From Pseudomonadota bacterium (GTDB lineage: Bacteria > Pseudomonadota > Alphaproteobacteria > Rhodobacterales > Rhodobacteraceae): a stretch of 64,000 nucleotides of DNA. Where the stretch lies: assembly GCA_039199335.1 (NCBI GenBank), contig JBCCSY010000012.1, positions 28,973 to 92,972 on the forward strand. Reading direction: 5' to 3'. The translations under genes and the position numbers were made by a program. The notes beneath the pieces were generated by a model, which saw nothing but the letters and a program-made list of their open reading frames with translations, was not told where the DNA came from and ran no database searches. Shown here piece by piece: positions 17,179 to 29,656 of the stretch (within the stretch, counting starts at the first letter, position 1; each line of letters starts with the position of its first letter).

Positions 17179-18042
17179 TTACTCCAGCAGCTCGGTTTGA
17201 CGGATGAGCGCTGGGTCGATCTCGATCTCGATCTGCTCGATCTCTGCCGCGGCCCGCAGCCGTTCGACTTCTGCATCCACCATTTCGGTGCGAACCTGCT
17301 GCTCCACCTGGGCGCGTACCTGCTCCAGCGGAGGGGCCGCTTTGTCGCGCGTCTCGTTCAGCTGAATGACGTGCCAGCCAAACTGTGTCTGCACCGGCCC
17401 GCCGATCTCGCCCGCCTGCAAGGCAGTGACGGCATTCTCGAATTCCGGAACCATCATGCCCGTTCCGAACCAGCCCAGATTGCCACCGCTCGGACCGGAC
17501 GGACCGGTGGAGCGTTCTTGCGCCAGCTCCGCGAAATCACCGCCGTTCTCCAGGTCAGACAAGACCGCACGCGCCTCTTCTTCCGTCTCAACGAGGATGT
17601 GCGACGCATTGTACTCGGTCTCCGGCTCGGTCGCGCCGTACTCCGCGTCGTAGGCGGCTTGAATCTGCTCGTCGGTCACCTCTGCCGAAGCAGCCCCGTC
17701 GATGATCCGCCCTGCCAGAAAAGCCCTGCTTTCGTTCTCAAGCCCCAGCGCATCGGCGGTGCTCAGGTCGGCGCGGGCCGCATCGGCAAGAACCTGTTGC
17801 TGGATCAGCTGGTCCAACATCCCGTCATAGAGAGCTCGGTCCGGCAGCTGCTGGTATTGCTGCGGCAGCCGGGCCCGCATCGCGATCAGATGTCCCAGGG
17901 TAATGTCCGTGCCGTTGACCGTGGCTAAGACTGTATCCGCACCGGCCTCGACAGTTGGTGCGGTCTCTGCCTCGGTCTCTTGCGCGATCACAGGCTGCGT
18001 CAGCATCAGCGCCATCGCGGCGCCCGTCAGAAATCGGGTCAT
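17179..18042 (-). CDS. periplasmic parvulin-type peptidyl-prolyl isomerase (SurA/PpiD-like)
   Basis: Signal peptide MTRFLTGAAMALMLTQPVIAQ and a PpiC domain (ASHILVETEEEA...GGNLGWFGTGMMVPEFE...GPVQTQFGWHVI). Confidence 0.85.
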   Translation of the reverse strand: MTRFLTGAAMALMLTQPVIAQETEAETAPTVEAGADTVLATVNGTDITLGHLIAMRARLPQQYQQLPDRALYDGMLDQLIQQQVLADAARADLSTADALGLENESRAFLAGRIIDGAASAEVTDEQIQAAYDAEYGATEPETEYNASHILVETEEEARAVLSDLENGGDFAELAQERSTGPSGPSGGNLGWFGTGMMVPEFENAVTALQAGEIGGPVQTQFGWHVIQLNETRDKAAPPLEQVRAQVEQQVRTEMVDAEVERLRAAAEIEQIEIEIDPALIRQTELLE

Positions 18043-18228
18043 GGGTGATCCTTCGTCAGGGCAACATTGCCCGGTGTTTCCTCGGTCCCTCAGGGGCGTT
18101 CGTTGACACCCGTAAAGGCGGGTCTTAAGTGCCGGTGAACCGATTTTTCACCGCGCCCGCCCCGTTTTTCGCCCCTTGTGATATGGGCCCTTTCGACGGT
18201 CGGCAAGGGCGCGAAGGGCAGGATGCAG

Positions 18229-21048
<2,820 letters not shown>

Positions 21049-21383
21049 CTGGGCTCTCGAGGCGCTGATCCAATCAGGCGCTTAGCGCGTCGCGGCGATA
21101 CCGCCTGCCTTGGACCGATCTTCAAAGAGCCGCGCTAGCGGGCATTCGCGCCGCGTCCATCGGCAGCCAGTGGCGGACAATCGCCGATGTCGCTCGGTGG
21201 CGGAGCGCCGTCGTGCCGGGCTTACCCTAAAGGTGTAGCCGGACGTGCCACGCGGGAATAGCTGCCTGCGTCCCGGCGCGTTTTCCTTTGTACCTCAGTC
21301 GAACACCATTTTCCTTTCCGTCCCTTGGGGCGGCACCGAATGCTGACATCGAAGGGTTTTCCGATGCCCGTGGCAGAACGCCC

Positions 21384-23324
21384 ATGAAGTACCGGCCGGA
21401 GATCGACGGCCTCCGCACGATTGCGGTCGTTCCAGTCATCCTCTTTCACGCGGGCTATTCTGCGTTTCAGGGCGGATATGTCGGCGTTGATGTTTTCTTC
21501 GTCATCAGCGGCTTCCTCATCACCGGCATTCTACACGATGATCTGACCGCAGGGCGCTACAGCCTGCTGACATTCTACGAACGCCGGGCCCGGCGTATCC
21601 TGCCCGCTCTCTTCTTCGTCCTGGCAGTCACGCTAATCGCTGGCTGGTTGATCCTCTTGCCCGAGGATCTGGAAGAACTCGGCCGTGCCATGGCAGCGAC
21701 GACCGTGTTCGCGTCGAATATCTATTTCTACCTCAACACCGGTTACTTTGGCGCGGCCGCAGAGCTCAATCCGCTCCTCCACACCTGGAGCCTGGCGGTG
21801 GAAGAACAGTTTTACATCATCATGCCGGTTTTGCTCGCGGCGCTCTGGGGCAGCTTTCGGAGCCGTATCTTTCTCGTGATCGGGTCGTTGACGGGGCTCA
21901 GCTTCCTGGCGGCGGTCGTGATGGACAACGTCAGCACGTCCGCCAATTTCTATCTGCTCCCGTTCCGGGCCTGGGAACTGGGTGTCGGCGCGCTTCTGGC
22001 GCTGCGCCTGAAGATAGCGCCGCCTCGCCTCTCGCCGCGCGTTGGCGACGCGCTCGCCACGCTTGGCTTCGGGATGATCCTCTGGGCGGTGTTCTTTTTC
22101 GATGAGGGAACGGCCGTGCCGGGGATCCCAGCACTTCTTCCGGTTCTGGGGACCGCGATGATCCTGGCTTTCGCGGTGTCGGATCGCGGATTAGGGCGGT
22201 TTCTCTCCGTCCGCCCGATGGTCGCCATCGGCCTGCTCTCCTACAGTGCCTATCTCTGGCACCAACCGCTCTTTGCGCTTTACCGCCACTGGCGGGTTCT
22301 GACGCCCGGACCGCTCGAATATGTGCCGTTGATCCTGGTGACCTTCGCCCTTGCGGCCATCTCTTGGCGCTTTGTGGAGCAGCCGTTCCGAAACCGGGCG
22401 TTCCTAGCGCAGCGGACGGTCCTGGCGACGTCCATCGTAGCTTTGGCTGCGCTGGGCGGGACGGGCATGCTGCTCCGTCAGGAACAGGGCTTTCCAGAGC
22501 GTCGGCCGGAATTCGTCCTTGCCGCTCAGGTTGTCGAAGGGTGGAGAGACGGCAATACGTGCGCCTTTAGCGGCAAAACCGATCGCGCCGAGATCGAAGC
22601 CTGCTACGTTCCCGGGCGAACAGTCTACCTGTTCGGGGACAGCCATGCGGCCTCTCTCTCCAAGGAGTTGCGGGAGGTCTTGCAAGGGCATGACGTCCAA
22701 TTGATCGCCTGGACGGCAAACGCTTGTATGCCCGTGCCAGGAACACGATTGGAGCATCGCTCGCAAAATGCCTGCGTCGCGTTCAAAGAACAGTCTTATG
22801 CCTTCGCGCAGGAGTTCCCGGGACCGGTCATCCTGTCATCCCGCTGGCGTCTGAACTTGACCGGGGAGCGCTTTGACAATGGGGAGGGGGGCGCCGAGCT
22901 TGGCCCCGACGAGGGCGTTTTCGTTTTCGAGGATCCCCTCGCCGATCCAGCGCTTCACGCAGCTGATAAGATCGTCGATCTGGCCGAGAATGTACCTGTC
23001 GTCGTCGTGGACCAGATACCGGAAGCGGGGTGGGATGCCTATGCCTTGACGGTGCGTCGACAGATCACCGATCCAGACGGCCCGCTTCCCTCCACCTCGC
23101 TGGCGACCTATCGGTCGGCGAACGCGCCCGTGGAAGAGATGTTGTCCGATCTGGTGGACAAGGTCGCGATCGTCGAGACCGCACCACTGATTTGTGACGA
23201 GGCGACGGGTCGGTGCGCAAATTCCCTCGAGGGGGTACCGCTCTATCGGGATGACGACCACCCGTCGCGTCTGTTTGCACGGATGATCGCCGAGGAGATT
23301 CTGGATGCACTTCCGCGGGACTAG
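21384..23324 (+). CDS. acyltransferase-3 family O-acetyltransferase with C-terminal SGNH domain (OafA/OatA-like)
   Basis: MKYRPEIDGLRTIAVVPVILFHAG (AT3 signature), about 10 TM segments, then a soluble domain with YLFGDSHA (SGNH block I-like). Confidence 0.85.
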   Translation: MKYRPEIDGLRTIAVVPVILFHAGYSAFQGGYVGVDVFFVISGFLITGILHDDLTAGRYSLLTFYERRARRILPALFFVLAVTLIAGWLILLPEDLEELGRAMAATTVFASNIYFYLNTGYFGAAAELNPLLHTWSLAVEEQFYIIMPVLLAALWGSFRSRIFLVIGSLTGLSFLAAVVMDNVSTSANFYLLPFRAWELGVGALLALRLKIAPPRLSPRVGDALATLGFGMILWAVFFFDEGTAVPGIPALLPVLGTAMILAFAVSDRGLGRFLSVRPMVAIGLLSYSAYLWHQPLFALYRHWRVLTPGPLEYVPLILVTFALAAISWRFVEQPFRNRAFLAQRTVLATSIVALAALGGTGMLLRQEQGFPERRPEFVLAAQVVEGWRDGNTCAFSGKTDRAEIEACYVPGRTVYLFGDSHAASLSKELREVLQGHDVQLIAWTANACMPVPGTRLEHRSQNACVAFKEQSYAFAQEFPGPVILSSRWRLNLTGERFDNGEGGAELGPDEGVFVFEDPLADPALHAADKIVDLAENVPVVVVDQIPEAGWDAYALTVRRQITDPDGPLPSTSLATYRSANAPVEEMLSDLVDKVAIVETAPLICDEATGRCANSLEGVPLYRDDDHPSRLFARMIAEEILDALPRD

Positions 23325-23339
23325 CGCGGATCGGACGGA

Positions 23340-24761
23340 CTACATGAGTTCGCGCACATCCGTCAGGCGTCCAGTGACCGCTGCTGCGGCCGCCATCGCC
23401 GGGGACATCAGGTGGGTCCGCCCGCCGCGACCCTGACGCCCCTCGAAATTGCGGTTCGACGTGGCCGCGCAGCGCTCGCCCGGCTTCAGCTGGTCGGGGT
23501 TCATTGCCAGGCACATCGAACATCCGGCCAGCCGCCACTCGAAACCCGCCGCCTTGAAGATGTCGGCGAGCCCCTCTTCCTCAGCCTGCGCCCGCACAAG
23601 GCCAGAGCCCGGCACGACCATGGCGCGCATCCCGTCCTTCACCTTTTTGCCCTTCAGGATCGCCGCGGCGGCGCGCAGATCCTCGATCCGGCCGTTCGTG
23701 CAAGAGCCGATGAAGACCGTGTCGATCTCGATCTCCTTGAGCGGCGTTCCCGCCGTCAGGCCCATATAGTCCAGCGACCGCTTGGCTGCGTCCACCTTAC
23801 CGCCTTCGAAATCGCCGGGTGCGGGAACTGTTGCAGTGATCGGCAACACGTCCTCGGGGGAGGTGCCCCAGGTCACCACGGGGGCGATATCTTCGCCCGC
23901 AATCGTCACCACCATGTCCCAATGGGCGTCGTCATCTGATTTGAGCGTCTTCCACCAGTTCAGCGCTGCTTCCCATTGCGCGCCCTTCGGCGCATGGGGT
24001 CGACCCTTGCAATACTCAAACGTCTTTTCATCGGGCGCGATCAGGCCCGCTCGCGCACCGCCCTCGATGGCCATGTTGCAGACCGTCATCCGGCCTTCCA
24101 TGCTGAGGTCGCGGATCGCCTCGCCGCAATACTCGATCACATAACCTGTGCCGCCTGCCGTGCCGGTCTTTCCGATGACCGACAGGGTGATGTCCTTGGC
24201 GGTGACGCCGGGGCGCAGCTTGCCCGTGATCTCCACCTTCATGTTCTTGGACTTCTTCTGGATCAGCGTCTGCGTGGCCAGCACATGCTCTACCTCGGAC
24301 GTCCCAATCCCATGGGCCAGGGCGCCGAACGCGCCATGCGTGGCCGTATGGCTGTCACCGCAGACCACCGTCATGCCCGGCAGGGTCCAGCCCTGTTCGG
24401 GCCCGACGATATGCACGATGCCCTGCCGTACGTCGGTTACGGGATAATAGTGGATGCCGAATTCCTTGGCGTTCTTGTCGAGGGCCGCGACCTGGATCGC
24501 GCTGTCTTCGGTCATGTTCGCCGGATCTTCACGCCCCGCCGTGGTGGGCACGTTATGGTCCGGCACGGCGATGGTCTTGTCCGGGGCGTGTACCTTGCGC
24601 CCCGCCATCCGAAGCCCCTCGAAGGCTTGAGGACTGGTCACCTCATGCACGAGGTGCCGGTCGATATAGAGCAGACAGGTGCCATCTTCGGCCTCATGGG
24701 CGAGGTGAGCATCCCAAATCTTGTCGTAAAGCGTCTTGCCGGAACTGGTCGGGCCGGTCAT
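23340..24761 (-). CDS. leuC: 3-isopropylmalate dehydratase large subunit
   Basis: 473 aa. [11 protein letters not shown]...[25 protein letters not shown] and the GSCTNGR aconitase-family Fe-S ligand motifs. Confidence 0.95.
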   Translation of the reverse strand: MTGPTSSGKTLYDKIWDAHLAHEAEDGTCLLYIDRHLVHEVTSPQAFEGLRMAGRKVHAPDKTIAVPDHNVPTTAGREDPANMTEDSAIQVAALDKNAKEFGIHYYPVTDVRQGIVHIVGPEQGWTLPGMTVVCGDSHTATHGAFGALAHGIGTSEVEHVLATQTLIQKKSKNMKVEITGKLRPGVTAKDITLSVIGKTGTAGGTGYVIEYCGEAIRDLSMEGRMTVCNMAIEGGARAGLIAPDEKTFEYCKGRPHAPKGAQWEAALNWWKTLKSDDDAHWDMVVTIAGEDIAPVVTWGTSPEDVLPITATVPAPGDFEGGKVDAAKRSLDYMGLTAGTPLKEIEIDTVFIGSCTNGRIEDLRAAAAILKGKKVKDGMRAMVVPGSGLVRAQAEEEGLADIFKAAGFEWRLAGCSMCLAMNPDQLKPGERCAATSNRNFEGRQGRGGRTHLMSPAMAAAAAVTGRLTDVRELM

Positions 24762-25009
24762 GGCGGATATCTCCCACGGAAGGGGTGGTCGGTCAGTGGT
24801 TCGAAAAGGTCGTCATACCCACCGACATCAAGCGTTGGCGCGGGCTCCATAGGCGCGACCGAAGAACCGCCAGGGCAAGAAGGCGTGATCGCTGAGATCG
24901 TGGACCCGTATCATGGGGCGCAAAATACGGGTGCCGGTCGCCGCCCGCAAGGTGGCACTGGGCGGATTGGGGCAAGTATGCCAACGTGATCCCACAATTT
25001 GAGGGGGCC

Positions 25010-26335
25010 ATGGACGAAGAAGCCGAGTACGCGATCCTTCCGATCGAGAGCGAGTTGCTGACGATCTGGGCCCAGATCTCGACCTACGCGCAGGATCTTT
25101 TGCGGCCGGGATGGAAGCTCTGGCAGGTCCTGATCATCCTCGGCTTGATCGCCGTGGCATGGCTGTTGAAGCGCTGGGCAGCGGACCGGATGACCGCCTG
25201 GATGCGGTCTCAGACGGGACGCCCGAAATGGCAGCTGCGTACGCTCGTCATGATCCGCAATCGGTTGTGGCTGATCGTGTTCGCCGCACTGGCCTGGATC
25301 CTCTACCTCGCCATGCAAGAACTGACCTGGCCGTCGCGCAGTTACCTGATCGGTCTGGCAGCGACCATCGGCACCGCCTGGACGGCCGTCAGTTTCGTCG
25401 CCCGCCTCGTGCGCAACGCGTTTTTGCGGAAGATCGTCAACTGGGGCCTGTGGATCTACGTCACGCTCTTCTACCTCGACATCTGGGACGAGACGCGCGC
25501 GGCGTTGGACCGTCTGGCCCTCGAATTCGGCGAGGTCCGCATCTCCGTCCTGGGTATTCTCACGGCCATCGTCGTGATCGGGATCCTGTTCTTCTTCGCC
25601 CGCTTCATCTCGAACACCACCTCCGCGCGGATTCAGCGCAACGAGGACATCAGCCCCTCCATGCGGGTCCTCGTGGTCAAAGTCCTGCAGATCATCCTCT
25701 ATGCCGGGGCGTTCTTCATCGGCCTGAAAGCCGTGGGCGTGGACCTGACCGGCCTCGCCGTCCTGTCGGGCGCCATCGGCGTGGGCCTGGGCTTCGGTCT
25801 GCAGAAGGTGGTGTCAAACCTCGTCTCGGGCGTCATCATCCTGCTCGACAAGTCGATCAAGCCCGGCGACGTGATCTCATTGGGCGAGACATTCGGCTGG
25901 GTGACGACCCTGACCGCCCGTTATGTCAGCATCACCACGCGGGACGGCAAGGAATACCTCATTCCGAATGAGGACCTGATCACCGGGCAGGTGGTGAACT
26001 GGTCCCATTCCAACAGCTTCGTCCGTCTCGATATCTTTTTCGGTACGGCTTACGGCGACGACCCGCACCTGGTGCGTAAGGTCGCGATCGAGGCCGCGTC
26101 CGGGACGGACCGTGTCCTCGCATCCCGTCCACCGGTTTGCCATATCGTCGGGTTCGGCGATTCCTCGGTGGATTACATTCTGCGCTTCTGGATTAGCGAT
26201 CCGACCGGCGGACTGACCAACATCCGGGGTAACGTCTATCTCGCGCTGTGGAACGCCTTCCAGGAGCACGGTATTTCCATTCCGTTCCCACAGCGCGAAG
26301 TGCGCATGTTGGAGCCACCGGTCGTTCAGGATTAA
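25010..26335 (+). CDS. mechanosensitive ion channel family protein (MscS-like)
   Basis: Several N-terminal TM helices, then the MscS core (AIGVGLGFGLQKVVSNLVSGVIILLDKSIKPGDVI...). ATG at 25010 preceded by GAGGGGG. The ORF track starts at a GTG at 24986. Confidence 0.85.
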   Translation: MDEEAEYAILPIESELLTIWAQISTYAQDLLRPGWKLWQVLIILGLIAVAWLLKRWAADRMTAWMRSQTGRPKWQLRTLVMIRNRLWLIVFAALAWILYLAMQELTWPSRSYLIGLAATIGTAWTAVSFVARLVRNAFLRKIVNWGLWIYVTLFYLDIWDETRAALDRLALEFGEVRISVLGILTAIVVIGILFFFARFISNTTSARIQRNEDISPSMRVLVVKVLQIILYAGAFFIGLKAVGVDLTGLAVLSGAIGVGLGFGLQKVVSNLVSGVIILLDKSIKPGDVISLGETFGWVTTLTARYVSITTRDGKEYLIPNEDLITGQVVNWSHSNSFVRLDIFFGTAYGDDPHLVRKVAIEAASGTDRVLASRPPVCHIVGFGDSSVDYILRFWISDPTGGLTNIRGNVYLALWNAFQEHGISIPFPQREVRMLEPPVVQD

Positions 26336-26371
26336 AGCCGTCTTCAGATTTCGCCCCTATGGCTCGGCGAT

Positions 26372-27124
26372 ATGAGTGCCTATGACCCGTCCTTCGAGAT
26401 CGAGCTTTCCCCCGACCTTCTAGGCCATGGGGATCCTGCAGCCGCGCTAAGGGCGGCATTTCACCTCCCCTACCTGATGCGAACCCATGGTTTGCGGATC
26501 ATCATGTTCCTTGGCGCCTATATCGCGACCGAAGAAGACGACATGCGCCAGGGTGCTTTGGAAGGGGCCCAACGCGCATTGACCGGGTTCGATACGATTC
26601 ATGACTTCTTCAAGTCGTGGAGTGAACAGAACAATCTTCATCCGCAGGTTCGCGAGGTTCTCGAAGACACGCGCGATGCGCAGCGTGATGCGCTCGAAGC
26701 GCTGACCGAGTTCCGTCGGGTGGCGGAGCTGGCGATGGGCGTCATGGCGCGGGGCGCAGACATGAAGGGTTCGGACTATGATCCCGTCATGTCGTCCGCC
26801 TACCGGGTCTTCCATCCCGCCATGATCGCGCTGAACGATCAGATGACGAAGGCGGGCGATACGGCCCGCAACCGTCTCGAGGCGGCGGCCGAGGCGGCGC
26901 GCAAGCGCGCTGCCGAGTCGCGAGCCCGCATCGACAGCATCGCCCGCACCGTACGCCTGATTTCGCTCAATGCGCGGGTTGAAGCCGCCAGGGCCGGCGA
27001 GGCAGGCCGTGCTTTCGGTGTCATCGCCGAGGAGATCAAGGCCCTGTCCGAACAGACGGAGGCCGCCAGCGCAGAAATGGGCGCCAGCGTCGAAGAGATC
27101 ATGCGGAATTTCCGGGTGGCATGA
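26372..27124 (+). CDS. soluble protein with a short MCP-signalling-tip-like segment
   Basis: 250 aa with no TM segment. The C-terminal IARTVRLISLNARVEAARAGEAGRAFGVIAEEIKALSEQT matches the highly conserved hairpin tip of methyl-accepting chemotaxis proteins. The rest is not recognisable. Confidence 0.6.
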   Translation: MSAYDPSFEIELSPDLLGHGDPAAALRAAFHLPYLMRTHGLRIIMFLGAYIATEEDDMRQGALEGAQRALTGFDTIHDFFKSWSEQNNLHPQVREVLEDTRDAQRDALEALTEFRRVAELAMGVMARGADMKGSDYDPVMSSAYRVFHPAMIALNDQMTKAGDTARNRLEAAAEAARKRAAESRARIDSIARTVRLISLNARVEAARAGEAGRAFGVIAEEIKALSEQTEAASAEMGASVEEIMRNFRVA

Positions 27125-27204
27125 TCCCGCTTGATCGCAACCTGTGCGATCCCCAACTCACGTAGGAATTGCCCGGTTCAGACGCCGGTGCTACCCTTTA
27201 CGTG

Positions 27205-27648
27205 ATGGCGACACAGGCCATTCGAAACCCGGAGGATCGGACACTGACTGCCGAAACCGTCGCGGCCGATATGGCGGCCGCTTCCGCCCGATCGGGCAAC
27301 CAGGCCAGCGACGAAACGCTGGCACTCATCCTGCAATCCCTGAACGACGACAAGGCCGAAGATGTTGTGCAGATCGCGCTGCGCGGCAAGTCCGCCGTGG
27401 CCGACCACATGGTCGTCTGTTCGGGCCGCTCATCGCGTCAGGTGACAGCCATCTCCGAGAAGCTGGCAGATCGCCTGAAGCCCATTCTTGGGCGAGCGCC
27501 GCGGATGGAAGGGAAGTCCCAGGGGGATTGGGTGCTGGTCGATGCCGGTGACGTGATCGTCCACATCTTCCGCCCCGAAGTGCGTGAGTTCTACCAGCTC
27601 GAGCAGATGTGGCTGGACCCTTCGGATCAAGCGCCGCGCCCGAACTGA
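27205..27648 (+). CDS. rsfS: ribosome silencing factor RsfS
   Basis: ADHMVVCSGRSSRQVTAISEKL...GDWVLVDAGDVIVHIFRPEVREFYQLEQMW. ATG at 27205. The ORF track starts at a TTG at 27169. Confidence 0.85.
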   Translation: MATQAIRNPEDRTLTAETVAADMAAASARSGNQASDETLALILQSLNDDKAEDVVQIALRGKSAVADHMVVCSGRSSRQVTAISEKLADRLKPILGRAPRMEGKSQGDWVLVDAGDVIVHIFRPEVREFYQLEQMWLDPSDQAPRPN

Positions 27649-27649
27649 G

Positions 27650-28105
27650 GTGAAGCTGCACCTCGTGGCGGTGGGTCGTCTGCGCAAGGGGCCCGAGAAG
27701 GCGCTTGTCGACGACTATCTCGACCGCTTTGCAAAATCGGGCCGCACGCTGGGTCTACCATCTGTGACGATGACCGAGGTCGATCCACGCGGTGGCTCCG
27801 AAGCCCTCGCCATCGATCGCGCTTTGCCCGATGGCACGGCAATTGTGGCGTTGGACGAACGTGGCAAGCAGCTCTCTTCTCCCGCCTTTGCCGACTTGCT
27901 GGCCGCCTATCGGGACCGGGCACAGGACGTGGCCTTCGTGATTGGCGGCGCGGATGGCCTGACCGACGATCTTCGGGGGCGTGCCGATCGGCTTCTGGCG
28001 TTTGGCCCCATGGTCTGGCCCCATATGCTGGCGCGAGTGATGCTGAGCGAGCAGCTCTACCGCGCTGCGTCCATCCTGGCGGGGTCCCCCTACCATCGCG
28101 CGTGA
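27650..28105 (+). CDS. rlmH: 23S rRNA (pseudouridine1915-N3)-methyltransferase RlmH
   Basis: A GTG at 27650 (1 nt after the rsfS stop) gives VKLHLVAVGRLRKGPEKALVDDY...VFVIGGADGL...SFGPMVWPHMLARVMLSEQLYRA (SPOUT RlmH pattern). Confidence 0.85.
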   Translation: MKLHLVAVGRLRKGPEKALVDDYLDRFAKSGRTLGLPSVTMTEVDPRGGSEALAIDRALPDGTAIVALDERGKQLSSPAFADLLAAYRDRAQDVAFVIGGADGLTDDLRGRADRLLAFGPMVWPHMLARVMLSEQLYRAASILAGSPYHRA

Positions 28106-28144
28106 CGCTGCCGTAAACCGGCTCAGCATCACGATGGAGCGGAC

Positions 28145-29656
28145 ATGAAAAGAAAGCCGGTCATCCTCTGTATCCTGGACGGCTGGGGCCTCTCCGGCCG
28201 CCCGGAACAATCCGCACCGGATCGTGCGGAGACGCCCGCGATGGACCGGCTCTATGCCACCTGTCCCCATGCCAAACTCACCACCTTCGGCCCCGATGTG
28301 GGCCTGCCGGAAGGCCAGATGGGTAATTCCGAAGTCGGGCATATGAATATCGGAGCCGGCCGCGTGGTGCGCATGGACCTGGGTCTGATCGACCATGCCA
28401 TCGAGACGGGCAGTTTCGAGACCGAAGCGGCGCTGACTGAATGGATCGAGACGCTCAAGACAGGGGGCGGCACGGCCCATCTGTTCGGCGTGATTTCCGA
28501 TGGCGGTGTCCATGGTCACATCGACCATGTCCTTGCGGCTTGCCGCATCGTGGCAGGGGCTGGCGTGCCGGCCGTTCTCCATGCGGTGACCGACGGGCGC
28601 GATGTGGCCCCGCGCTCGGCGGAGGATTTCGTCGCGACCCTGATGTCCGATCTGCCGGAGGGGGTGACGGTCGGAACGCTGACGGGGCGCTATTTCGCAA
28701 TGGACCGCGACCAGCGGTGGAGCCGGGTTGAACGCGCCTGGAAGGCCATCGTCCGAGGGGAGGGCGAGGCGGCAAAAGATGCGGCCGACGCCGTCTCTAA
28801 TGCACGGGATAGAGACGAATCCGATGAGTTCATCCAGCCGACCGTCCTTGGTGACTACGATGGCATGGCATCGGGCGACGGGGTCTTCTGCCTGAACTTC
28901 CGTGCCGACCGCGCGCGCGAGATTCTGTCGGCCTTGGCGGAGCCCGGTTTCGACGGTTTCGACACCGGGGACCCGCCGGACCTGCACATGCTGGGCATGG
29001 TGGATTACTCCGAAAAGCACGACCGCTTCATGACGGCCGTTTTCCCCAAGAAGGTGGTCGAGAACACGCTTGCGGCCTGGGTTGCCGCGAAGGGTCTGCG
29101 GCAGTTCCACTTGGCCGAGACCGAGAAATACCCACATGTCACCTTCTTCCTGAACGGCGGGAAAGAAGCACCTGAGCCGGGTGAAGACCGGCACATGCCG
29201 AAATCCCCCGATGTCGCCACCTACGACCTGCAGCCCGAGATGTCCGCGCCCGAGGTCACCGCCAAGTTCATCGAGGCGATCCATGGCGGCTATGACCTGA
29301 TCGTGGTGAACTACGCCAATCCGGACATGGTGGGGCATACTGGCGATCTGGATGCGGCGACCCTGGCCTGTGAGGCCGTGGATCGCGGTCTGCAGGCCGC
29401 GCTCGACGCGCTGGAGGGCACCGAGGGCGCGATGATCGTCTGCGCGGATCACGGGAATTGCGAGACCATGCTCGATCCCGAGACGGGCAAGCCGCACACG
29501 GCACATACCCTGAACCCGGTTCCCGTCATTCTCTGGGGCGGACCCGAGGGCGCATCGTTGCGGGACGGGCGCCTCGCCGACCTGGCGCCCACGCTTCTGG
29601 ACCTGATGGGACTGGACCGCCCGAGCGAGATGACGGGCGAGAGCCTGATCCGGTGA
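28145..29656 (+). CDS. gpmI: 2,3-bisphosphoglycerate-independent phosphoglycerate mutase
   Basis: 503 aa. PVILCILDGWG, MGNSEVGHMNIGAGR, VSDGGVHGH and ADHGN motifs. Confidence 0.95.
   Translation: MKRKPVILCILDGWGLSGRPEQSAPDRAETPAMDRLYATCPHAKLTTFGPDVGLPEGQMGNSEVGHMNIGAGRVVRMDLGLIDHAIETGSFETEAALTEWIETLKTGGGTAHLFGVISDGGVHGHIDHVLAACRIVAGAGVPAVLHAVTDGRDVAPRSAEDFVATLMSDLPEGVTVGTLTGRYFAMDRDQRWSRVERAWKAIVRGEGEAAKDAADAVSNARDRDESDEFIQPTVLGDYDGMASGDGVFCLNFRADRAREILSALAEPGFDGFDTGDPPDLHMLGMVDYSEKHDRFMTAVFPKKVVENTLAAWVAAKGLRQFHLAETEKYPHVTFFLNGGKEAPEPGEDRHMPKSPDVATYDLQPEMSAPEVTAKFIEAIHGGYDLIVVNYANPDMVGHTGDLDAATLACEAVDRGLQAALDALEGTEGAMIVCADHGNCETMLDPETGKPHTAHTLNPVPVILWGGPEGASLRDGRLADLAPTLLDLMGLDRPSEMTGESLIR

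Noticed and set aside
24762-25009. Possible leucine leader peptide or attenuator upstream of leuC
   Set aside because: Reverse-strand translation of the 248-bp spacer shows no short ORF with consecutive Leu codons and no obvious alternative hairpins.
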